A stretch of 64,000 nt of DNA from positions 193,972-257,971 of the forward strand of contig CBDFLS010000001.1 in NCBI GenBank assembly GCA_965249185.1, read 5' to 3'. The notes beneath the pieces were generated by a model. It was not told the origin of the DNA and did not search any database. It saw nothing but the letters and a program-made list of their open reading frames with translations. Source of the stretch: Dehalococcoidia bacterium (GTDB lineage: Bacteria; Chloroflexota; Dehalococcoidia; Lucifugimonadales; Australimonadaceae). Positions 37,564-45,727 of the stretch are shown piece after piece (position 1 is the stretch's first letter; every line of letters starts with the position of its first letter). The position numbers and the translations under genes are program-made.

Positions 37564-38169
37564 TCAAGCGGAGCGGCCTGTGAGCCTCTCGATCTCTCGA
37601 ACGGTGTCTGGAAGATGGTCGTTGACGACCACCGGCACGCCGTGGGCATGGGCCTGGGCAACGAGCTCTTCTTGGAGCTGAAGCAAGCTCGTTAGCTGCC
37701 CCTCGGAGAGTTTCCGGAGGTCGTGGCTCCGGCTGACGACACGCTGACGCAACGCCTTCCGGTCGGGCACATCCAGCACGCAGAAGAGGGTGGCCCCGAA
37801 CTCGCCGGCATCGAGCACGCCCGGCACCAACTGAGTCCCCTCCACCACCAGCCCTATGCCCTCCTCCAGCGCCCTCTCCACACACGTCCTGATGGAGGGC
37901 CCGATGATCGTGGCCTGATGGGCCACCCCCTGGAGCAACGTCGAGACACCGCCGTCCGAGGGGTTGGGAAGCTCCCGCCAGGCGTCGTAGGAGTCCCTCT
38001 GGAGCGCGCGGGCCTGGGCTTCCGGAAGCAGATGGCGGATTGAGGCGCGGATAAAGCCGGTGCTCAGGTGATGGACCAGGTCAAGCTGGCGTACCAGCAG
38101 GTTGGCCACGGTGGTCTTGCCGGTGCCGGGCGCTCCCCCCAGCAGGATGACGACGGGCCGGGATGCCAT
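37564..38169 (-). CDS. P-loop kinase, 2-phosphoglycerate kinase-like (no ATP-cone)
   Basis: ILLGGAPGTGKTT, LSTGFIR, VVEGTQLVPG, LQEELV..A..HGVPVV.N pattern. Confidence 0.75.
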   Translation of the reverse strand: MASRPVVILLGGAPGTGKTTVANLLVRQLDLVHHLSTGFIRASIRHLLPEAQARALQRDSYDAWRELPNPSDGGVSTLLQGVAHQATIIGPSIRTCVERALEEGIGLVVEGTQLVPGVLDAGEFGATLFCVLDVPDRKALRQRVVSRSHDLRKLSEGQLTSLLQLQEELVAQAHAHGVPVVVNDHLPDTVREIERLTGRSA

Positions 38170-38184
38170 GCCTCGAAGCGCCTC

Positions 38185-39084
38185 CTAGGCGGCCGGGATC
38201 ACGCCGGCGCTGTGCTGGGCGGCCCGCAGGGTGTTGACGAGGAGCATGGCGACGGTCATGGGGCCCACGCCGCCGGGCACCGGGCTGATGGCGCCAGCGA
38301 CCTGGGACACCCCAACGAAGTCGACGTCGCCCACGAGCCGGTACCCCCTGGACGCCGACGGGTCCTCGACGCGATTGATGCCCACGTCGATAACCGCCGC
38401 GCCCGGCTTGACCATCTCCGCCCCGATGGCCTTCGCGCGGCCGATGGCGGCCACCAGGATGTCCGCCTGGCGGGTCATGGCGCCCAGGTCGGGCGTGCCG
38501 GTGTGACAGATGGTGACGGTGGCGTTAGCGTGCTCGGCCTTCTGCATGAGCAGCGCGGCCAGGGGCTTGCCCACGATATCGCTGCGCCCACAGACCACCA
38601 CATGCTTGCCCGATGGGCTATGGCCGCTGCGCACCAGCATCTGCTGAATGCCGGCAGGGGTGGCGGGCACGAACCGCGGACTGCCGTTCAGAAGCCGTCC
38701 GCCATTCAGCGGATGCAGTCCGTCCACATCCTTGGCCGGGTCCATGCTCATGACCACCGTGCGCTCGTCGATGGAGGCCGGCAGCGGGAGCTGTACCAGG
38801 ATACCGTGGAAGCGTGGGTCTGAGTTGAGACGCCGGACCCATCCCACCAGCGACTCCTCCGTGATGGAGGCGTCCAGTTGGAACGTCTCGCTGACGATGC
38901 CCGCCTCCCGACAGGCGCGTGTCTTGTTGTGCACGTAAACCGCCGATGCCGGGTCGTCTCCCACCAACACGGCGGCCAGGCCGGGCGTGACTCCCGTTGT
39001 GGTGACGAGGCGCCGCACGCCGTCCGCCACCTCGGAACGGACATCCGCGGCCATCGCCTTGCCATCAATGATCTGGGCGGGCAT
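38185..39084 (-). CDS. folD: Bifunctional methylene-THF dehydrogenase/cyclohydrolase
   Basis: IIDGK, LVQLPLP, KDVDGLHP, GRSDIVGKP, PVPGGVGPMT. Confidence 0.97.
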   Translation of the reverse strand: MPAQIIDGKAMAADVRSEVADGVRRLVTTTGVTPGLAAVLVGDDPASAVYVHNKTRACREAGIVSETFQLDASITEESLVGWVRRLNSDPRFHGILVQLPLPASIDERTVVMSMDPAKDVDGLHPLNGGRLLNGSPRFVPATPAGIQQMLVRSGHSPSGKHVVVCGRSDIVGKPLAALLMQKAEHANATVTICHTGTPDLGAMTRQADILVAAIGRAKAIGAEMVKPGAAVIDVGINRVEDPSASRGYRLVGDVDFVGVSQVAGAISPVPGGVGPMTVAMLLVNTLRAAQHSAGVIPAA

Positions 39085-39227
39085 GGGCACCTTTCGTGGA
39101 GTGAGCGCCCAGCATGATAGCACAGCCATGACGTACGTCAGTCCTAGCCGGACCGGGCTCCGGTTGGACACTTCGGGCGCCAGCTAACTATAATCGTGAG
39201 CCCCGGGCGGGAGGCTTGATAGCAGCA

Positions 39228-39596
39228 ATGGATATGATGGTGGGCGTCGACATGGTGGAGATCGACCGGATCGCTGCGGCGGTGACGCGCTGGGGCGACC
39301 GGTTCCTGCAGCGGGTCTACACCCCCGGCGAGATTGCGTTCTGCCGGGGACGGGCCGAACGGCTGGCGGCCCGGTTCGCCGCCAAAGAGGCCGCCATGAA
39401 GGCGCTGGGCACGGGCAGGCGGGGAGTCGGCTGGCGCGAGGTGGAGGTGGCGCGCGAGCCAGGCCAGGCGCCCCGCATCCTCCTCCACGGCCGCGCCTCC
39501 CGGCGTGCCGAGTTCTTGGGCCTCGACGGTCTGGCCGTCAGCCTCTCGCACTCCAGGGCTTACGCCATCGCCTCCGTGGTGGGGAATCGCCCATGA
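39228..39596 (+). CDS. acpS: Holo-ACP synthase
   Basis: GVDMVEI.RI, ARFAAKEAAMKALGTG, SLSH. Exact start uncertain. Confidence 0.95.
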   Translation: MDMMVGVDMVEIDRIAAAVTRWGDRFLQRVYTPGEIAFCRGRAERLAARFAAKEAAMKALGTGRRGVGWREVEVAREPGQAPRILLHGRASRRAEFLGLDGLAVSLSHSRAYAIASVVGNRP

Positions 39597-41152
39597 AGAT
39601 CGTCACCGTCGAACAGATGCGGCGGCTGGAGGAGCGCAGCGAGGCCGCGGGCGTCTCCACCGACACCCTCATGGAGGCGGCGGGGCTGGTCGTTGCAAGG
39701 ACCATCGCCCAGCTCCTGGACGGCATCCGCGGCAAGCGGGTCCTAGTGCTAGTGGGACCCGGCAACAACGGCGGCGACGGCCTGGTGACGGCCCGCTACC
39801 TCTCCGACTGGGGCGCCCTGGTAAGCCTCTATATGACCGCCGCCAGCCGGGGCCGTGAGGACAAGTTCGAGGAGTGCCGCAGCCGGCGAATGCGCGTGGT
39901 GGAGGCGCGGGAGGACCCCGACCAGTTGGCGCTGAGCAGCTACCTGGCCCTGACCGACCTGGTGCTGGACGCCGTCCTTGGCATCGGCCAGGACCGTCCC
40001 CTGGAGGAGCCCCTTCGCTCCATCTTCCAGGCCCTGGGAGAGAGCCGGACCCAGCAGCAGGCCCTGAAGCTCGTCGCCCTGGACCTGCCCACGGGAATGA
40101 ACGCGGATACGGGGGCCGTGGACAGCGTGTGCGCCATGGCGGACCTGACGGTGACACTCAGCGCTCCCAAGGTGGGGATGTTCCGCTTCCCCGGGGCGGA
40201 GTACGTGGGCCGGCTGGAGACGGCGGACATCGGCGTTCCAAAGGATGCCGATCACGACGTGGCCCTGGAGCTGGCGGAGGATGGGCTGGTGGCGCCGCTG
40301 CTGCCTCCTCGGCCGCTGAACAGCCACAAGGGCACCTTCGGGCGACTCGTGGTCGTGGCGGGCTCGCGCCGCTTCGTGGGCGCGTCGTCGCTGGCGTGTG
40401 CCGGCGCATACCGGGCCGGCGCGGGGCTCGTGACCCTGGCGACGCCCAACAGTGTCTACCGTCTGGCGGCTGCTCAGGCCATGGAGCCGGTGTTCCTGCC
40501 CCTGGACGAGACCCCCGAGGGAGCGGTGTCCGCCGCCGCCGCACATGCGGTGCGCCAGGCCCTGGAGGAGGCCGACTCAGGAGTCCTTGGGCCCGGCCTG
40601 GGCCAGGCCGAGTCGGTGCAGGAGTTCATCCAGCAGGTGCTTTTGGTGGAGCCGCCGTTGCGCGGGCCCCTGGTCCTCGACGCGGACGCGCTCAACGCGC
40701 TGGCCCGGACCCACGGATGGTCGGAGCGGCTCCAGACGCCCTCGGTGCTGACACCGCACCCCGGCGAGTTATCGCGACTGCTGCGCTGCTCCATCGCCGA
40801 TGTCGAGGCGAACCGGATGGCGGCCGCCCAGAGCGCCGCCGAGCGGTGGCGGCACGTGGTGGTGCTGAAGGGCGCCTATACGGTGATCGCCGCGCCCGAC
40901 GGCCGCACCTGCATCAGCCCCTTCGCGAACCCGGCCCTGGCCTCCGCCGGCACCGGCGACGTGCTGGCGGGAGTCATCGGCTCGCTGCTGGCCCAGGGCG
41001 CGCAACCCTACGAAGCGGCGGTGGCGGGCGTCTACGTCCACGGCTCCGCGGGCGAGCGCGTGCGGCAGGACATAGGCGACGCCGGCCTCATGGCCGGCGA
41101 CCTGCTGTCGGAGCTTCCCCGGGTGATGAAGCGCCTCCGCGCTCTGGCGTAA
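39593..41152 (+). CDS. nnr: Bifunctional NAD(P)HX epimerase/dehydratase
   Basis: GPGNNGGDG, DLPTG, HKGTFG, GPGLG, LTPHPGE, LKGA.T, AGTGDVLAG. Confidence 0.95.
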   Translation: MKIVTVEQMRRLEERSEAAGVSTDTLMEAAGLVVARTIAQLLDGIRGKRVLVLVGPGNNGGDGLVTARYLSDWGALVSLYMTAASRGREDKFEECRSRRMRVVEAREDPDQLALSSYLALTDLVLDAVLGIGQDRPLEEPLRSIFQALGESRTQQQALKLVALDLPTGMNADTGAVDSVCAMADLTVTLSAPKVGMFRFPGAEYVGRLETADIGVPKDADHDVALELAEDGLVAPLLPPRPLNSHKGTFGRLVVVAGSRRFVGASSLACAGAYRAGAGLVTLATPNSVYRLAAAQAMEPVFLPLDETPEGAVSAAAAHAVRQALEEADSGVLGPGLGQAESVQEFIQQVLLVEPPLRGPLVLDADALNALARTHGWSERLQTPSVLTPHPGELSRLLRCSIADVEANRMAAAQSAAERWRHVVVLKGAYTVIAAPDGRTCISPFANPALASAGTGDVLAGVIGSLLAQGAQPYEAAVAGVYVHGSAGERVRQDIGDAGLMAGDLLSELPRVMKRLRALA

Positions 41153-41330
41153 GGACCCCCACGCTCCTCGCCCACCATCTGCTGGACGGGGAGATCGACT
41201 CTCCCCATCTCCACCGTGGCTTCGAGGTCGTCGACTCGCATGCGCCTTCGCCTAGCTTCGGCCGCATGGTTGAACGGGAGCAAGAGATAGGGCTCAGGAC
41301 AGACCTGCGCGTCGTGATGCCGCGCGACGC

Positions 41331-44051
41331 CTAATTCTGCCCGCTGAACATACCGTAATACTTGGCCAGGACCGCCTCTCCCAGCCGGGCTCTGAGGCCG
41401 TTCTCAGCGATGGGCTGATCGACCATGTGGTAGGCCCAGGTGAAGGAGCCTGCAACCCATGGGCGCTCATCGATGGCCCGCATGATTCCCTCGAGCTGAT
41501 TGGCCTGTGCGACCTCGTCGCCCTCCCCACCGCTGGATGCCGGGATGGTGAGTTGGTAGATCAACACGGGCAAACCCCATCGCTCCCACTTGGGGTCTAA
41601 GACCTCTTTGAACAGGTCGTCGTACGTCGTGTACCACTCCTCGACGCTGGCGCTCGGCGGAAGAATACTCGTGCTGATGCCGAAGGTCGTGATGCCAACA
41701 ACGTCCGCTTCGCCGGGCAGGTCTGAATCGAGCAGCTCTCCGCTGATGAGGACCCTGCCGGAGTAGACCTCACGGACTCGATCCACGAGTCCGATCAAGC
41801 GTTCATCAAAGAGTTGGAAAGATTCGAACGATTCGAATCGGTCGGAGCTTGAGAAGACGTGATATATGAACCCTGGGAGCATGAGCAAGTCCGCGTCGAT
41901 GTCTTGCGCAAGGTCTGCGTGATAGAGCCAGAGTTCTTCGGCTACTTCGAACCAGCCGTCCCGCCACCCATCGCTCTTGATCTCATTGATCTGGTCGGAG
42001 AAGCCTGGGACCATCTCCATGTTGAACTGGGGAGCGAGGAAGGTCTTGAGGCCCATCTCTCTCGCGACGCGCGCCTGTTCCACGACGTGTGGCCGCGGCG
42101 TGAGCACCCCAGGCGAGTAGAGTTGCCGCGACTCAATCGTGGGCAGTGGCAGGATCGTACCGTAGTGCCACACGGACGACAGCGCGACCCAGCCACCGTT
42201 GTGTTCCGCGATGCGACGGTAGGTAGACTCGGTAAGCGGCTTCATCCCGTCAGACCAGAAATCGGGCGTGTGAAACCCGGTGATGTAGTCAGTCCGTATG
42301 CCTCCGGTGGGCAGCGGTGCATCCGACCAAGCGGTCACCCAGTCGTCGACCACCTGGCCAACGTACTCCACGGTCAGGGTGCGCTGAGGGCCGAGCCGGG
42401 GTCCAGCACCCGACGCGTCGATCTGGTACGCCACCTCCGCGCCCGCAGGGAGTTGAAGAGTCCCTACCCAGAGTTGGGCGCCCGGCACTCTGCGAAGGCC
42501 GAAGCTCCGTGCGGCTGAGCCAGCGCTCGTTACGACGCGGACACTGGCATCGGCGGGCGTGCCGCTGGGCAAGCTCGCCCGGAACGCGATGTCGACCTCG
42601 GTGCCGGGGGTTGCGGCGCTGACCCGCGGATGCGCGCCCCAGCGTTCGACCGTCACGTGCTCAACGGTGCTGGTCTCGCCCACGATTACCGTCCTCTGAC
42701 CACCAGGTCCGGCATCTGACGATGCGTCGGCCACCTCGTGGTGATCACCTAATTTCAGAGCATACGTGATGGTTTCGCCCGGGAATCCCGTGAGGTAGGT
42801 GACGAATTCCGTGCGGCTGACGCGCGACGCTATATGCGTGGGGCCGGTCACGACGCCCAGGAAAGTGTTGGGGTCCGTGTTTGGTGGCGTCGTGATGCGA
42901 AGCTCGACCATGCGCTGGTGCTCCGACTTCCATGCGACGACCCGGTCTGACAACGTCGGCGACGAGGCGCTCACGAAGGATTCGTGATACGCGAATTGAT
43001 TTTCGGCGGTGAACTCATGACCATGGAATGTCCCAGCGAGAGTGAAGTAGTAGTTCAGATACGTCCCTTCGTGTAAGCGAAACGTGCCCCTGGCGCGGGT
43101 TTGCGACACGCGCTCCAGCGGGGGTAGCGAGATGTCCTGGACGAGCCGCGGTTGGTTCTGGAATACACGTGCCGCGCCCAATTGAAAGACGTTCCCGGCC
43201 ACCCTGATCACAGCGTCCGGTGGCGTCTCCTCCGGCAGCGCGACGTCAAACGTGACGTCGACAGCCTCCGCTGGCTCCATCGCGATCGTGACCTCGGCGG
43301 CGCCCTGAGCAGGGACCGTGGCGGACCCATCGGTCGCACGATAGTCTCCCAAAGTTGTGTGTGCAGTAACTCGCTGGACACCAGCGGCGATATTGTTGAA
43401 CTGGAATCTTCCCTCGAAGTCGGTTGCGATGTGAATTCCGCCCGCGGTGACGTCGACGTCGATGAGCGGATCACCGGTGATCGCGTCCGTCACGATCCCA
43501 GACAGCGTGCCTGTAACAGCGGGAGCGCGCGTGTCGTTCCACGTCTCGACGACGTCCTCGACGAGCGTCCTACCGGATGCGACAAGCAACAACCTGCTGT
43601 GGACCTGGACCGTGTCACTGTGGGCCTCGCGCTTGCCCTTGAAGTTTTCCTGGGACTCGCCGCTCTTGAAATGGTCGTACACGTAGCTGATCAAGCTGCT
43701 GGGTGGTAGTTGAACAGTCGCGGTCCACACTTTCCCGCTCTTCTGCATCTCGACTTGCTGAAGCTCCTGGAAGTCACCAGCGAACAATATCTGCAGCCGC
43801 ACCGCGTTTTCGTCGCCGGTCTCGGGCGCGGAGACCCTGAACTCGACCTCCTGCGTCGCGATGGGCGTGGCGGTTGGCGCTGGTGGTGTCGCTGTCGGGG
43901 TAGCGGTCGATGTCGCAGTCGGCGTGGGTGTTGGAGTACCACCTGATGGCCCTGACCCGCTGCTTGGCCCTTTCTGCCCATCATCGCTGCATGCAGCGAT
44001 GATCCACAGCATGCCGACGACCACCGTTATCTTCAAAAGCAGTTTGGCCAT
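41331..44051 (-). CDS. Large lipoprotein: repeated CBM20-like modules, carboxypeptidase-regulatory-like domain, C-terminal GH113-like TIM barrel
   Basis: IIAAC lipobox, PT linker, four V.F....P..T...V..W modules, TLSGIVTDAITGDPL domain, C-terminal barrel ending WVAGSFTWAY...LGEAVLAKYY. Confidence 0.65.
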   Translation of the reverse strand: MAKLLLKITVVVGMLWIIAACSDDGQKGPSSGSGPSGGTPTPTPTATSTATPTATPPAPTATPIATQEVEFRVSAPETGDENAVRLQILFAGDFQELQQVEMQKSGKVWTATVQLPPSSLISYVYDHFKSGESQENFKGKREAHSDTVQVHSRLLLVASGRTLVEDVVETWNDTRAPAVTGTLSGIVTDAITGDPLIDVDVTAGGIHIATDFEGRFQFNNIAAGVQRVTAHTTLGDYRATDGSATVPAQGAAEVTIAMEPAEAVDVTFDVALPEETPPDAVIRVAGNVFQLGAARVFQNQPRLVQDISLPPLERVSQTRARGTFRLHEGTYLNYYFTLAGTFHGHEFTAENQFAYHESFVSASSPTLSDRVVAWKSEHQRMVELRITTPPNTDPNTFLGVVTGPTHIASRVSRTEFVTYLTGFPGETITYALKLGDHHEVADASSDAGPGGQRTVIVGETSTVEHVTVERWGAHPRVSAATPGTEVDIAFRASLPSGTPADASVRVVTSAGSAARSFGLRRVPGAQLWVGTLQLPAGAEVAYQIDASGAGPRLGPQRTLTVEYVGQVVDDWVTAWSDAPLPTGGIRTDYITGFHTPDFWSDGMKPLTESTYRRIAEHNGGWVALSSVWHYGTILPLPTIESRQLYSPGVLTPRPHVVEQARVAREMGLKTFLAPQFNMEMVPGFSDQINEIKSDGWRDGWFEVAEELWLYHADLAQDIDADLLMLPGFIYHVFSSSDRFESFESFQLFDERLIGLVDRVREVYSGRVLISGELLDSDLPGEADVVGITTFGISTSILPPSASVEEWYTTYDDLFKEVLDPKWERWGLPVLIYQLTIPASSGGEGDEVAQANQLEGIMRAIDERPWVAGSFTWAYHMVDQPIAENGLRARLGEAVLAKYYGMFSGQN

Positions 44052-44148
44052 CGTACGATCTCCTCGCACTGTGAGGAACCGTACCATACCGCGGCTACAT
44101 CACGTGTTCACAGCCGAAATCGAATCTCCCCCATCTCTACCATGAACA

Positions 44149-44186
44149 CGAAAGAGCCCGCTGGTTATCCCAGCGGGCTCTCGTTT
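44149..44186. terminator. Intrinsic terminator downstream of Rieske ferredoxin
   Basis: GAGCCCGCTGG-ttatc-CCAGCGGGCTC flanked by short A/T tracts. Confidence 0.7.
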
Positions 44187-44250
44187 GCTCAGAAATACTT
44201 TCGTCAACCTGGGTTCACCGAAACAGAGTGGTATGGAAGCTGCTGGCAGC

Positions 44251-44613
44251 CTAGGAGGCAACCCAGATGTGACCATCTTCCAGTCGCGTTTGCAAAACCC
44301 TCAGTGCCCTTTTCCGCCGAATCGCTCCCAGTACTCGCCCTGCGCCTGGCGGGCATGGGCTCCACGCCTTTACGTCACCGCTACGCAGGTCGAACGCGCT
44401 GTGGTGCCAGGGACAGAAGATGACGCCATCTTCGGTGACTTTGCCTTTCTCCAGCGGCCCTCTCAAGTGAGGGCACTTGCTCTCCACAGCGTAAATCTGG
44501 CCTTCGTGGTGAAGGAGAAGGATAGAGCTTTTGCCTGCATCCACAACCCGACGGGCGCCCGGGGGGAGTGCGTCTTCGGAAAGGACCCTAACCCAGTTCA
44601 AAGTGGCATCCAT
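44251..44613 (-). CDS. Rieske [2Fe-2S] ferredoxin
   Basis: CPH and CPWH motifs, SAFDLRSG. Confidence 0.9.
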   Translation of the reverse strand: MDATLNWVRVLSEDALPPGARRVVDAGKSSILLLHHEGQIYAVESKCPHLRGPLEKGKVTEDGVIFCPWHHSAFDLRSGDVKAWSPCPPGAGRVLGAIRRKRALRVLQTRLEDGHIWVAS

Positions 44614-44629
44614 GCGAAGGATATTCTAG

Positions 44630-45474
44630 GGGTATAGTCCCAAAACAGCCACCTGTGAGCGAATGGTGGCATGGGACGGAAGATTGGGTGCCCTCGATGT
44701 CAACACGCCAAGAGCTGGAGCATTCGGCGAGGTAAGAGTCGTTGTGCAGCCTGCCACTACGAGTGGGTGCCCAGGGCGCTGCCGCTTCGGTTGTCGCCAG
44801 GGGAGTGGCGGCGACTGTTGCGCTGGTTCGTCTTGGGGCAGAGTGCCGAGGTGATTGCCCAGGAGGCCCGCCTGGAGCGAAAGCGAGTCCTGCGAGCCCT
44901 GATCGTGGTGCGCCAGGCCATGGTCCGGGACGTTCCCCATGTCTTCTCCGGCGTGGTGGAGGTCGACGAGACCTACCTGGGAGGTTCCTGGCGCAACAGG
45001 CGCCTGGCAAAGCGTGTTCAGGGCACGAAGCGGGGCCGTGGAACCACTAAGCAAGCTGTCTTTGGGATCCTGTGTCGAGGTGGCCTGGTGTGGGCGCAAG
45101 TGGTACCTAACGTGGAAGCCAAGACGCTGCTGCCGCTCCTGCACCAACGCGTGCAACGTGGCTCCATCGTCTGCTCGGACACCTTTACCAGCTACACGGG
45201 CGTCGCAGCGGGGGGCTACGTCCACCGGCTTGTGGACCACAGCCAGGCGTTCAGCGATCGGCAAGGGAGCCACGTCAACGGCTTGGAGGGCTTCTGGGGT
45301 TATCTCAAGCGGCGTCTGGCAGCCAAAGGGGGAGTCCGCCGAGAACGGCTGCCCCTCTATCTTGCTGGGTATGTCTGGCGCTATAATCATCGGCGTCTGT
45401 TGGGACCAGAACAGGTTAAGACATTGTTCAAGCTGCTTCAAAGCTAATCCGGTGGCTAAAACGGGACTTTACCC
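44630..45474 (+). mobile_element. IS1595-family insertion sequence, copy 3 (845 bp)
   Basis: Same IRs. Perfect 8-bp target duplication TATTCTAG (44622-44629, 45475-45482). Confidence 0.96.
44671..45447 (+). CDS. IS1595-family transposase
   Basis: Identical to the copy 2 protein except LAGY for LAEY. Confidence 0.95.
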   Translation: MGRKIGCPRCQHAKSWSIRRGKSRCAACHYEWVPRALPLRLSPGEWRRLLRWFVLGQSAEVIAQEARLERKRVLRALIVVRQAMVRDVPHVFSGVVEVDETYLGGSWRNRRLAKRVQGTKRGRGTTKQAVFGILCRGGLVWAQVVPNVEAKTLLPLLHQRVQRGSIVCSDTFTSYTGVAAGGYVHRLVDHSQAFSDRQGSHVNGLEGFWGYLKRRLAAKGGVRRERLPLYLAGYVWRYNHRRLLGPEQVKTLFKLLQS

Positions 45475-45727
45475 TATTCTAGTCCCGGCTCACAGACATT
45501 GTCTACAGCTAGTTTCTTCCTTTCCTCGGTAGAACAACGAGACCACAAGGTGCGTGCCTGACGAGACCTAGCTTATTTGGGTGACCAGAATCATTTCCTT
45601 CTGGAACGGGCCAAATCAGGAGTTGATTAGGAACAGATTCAGGCCGGTTGGCCCGCCCCTGTTTCGGAACGGGGCTTGGGAGCCAGACGGTCTGCACGGG
45701 AGCCCAAGACCAAAGCGGCAACGATAA

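Noticed and set aside
41153-41330. Protein-like fragment (RVDDLEATVEMGR) between nnr and the lipoprotein
   Set aside because: No credible start or SD and no family I can recognise. At most a small pseudogene remnant.
45563-45595. CTGACGAG followed by stem ACCTAG/TTGGGT, resembling a hammerhead ribozyme core
   Set aside because: The required CGAAA after stem II is absent (reads GACCAGAA) and no stems I/III were found.
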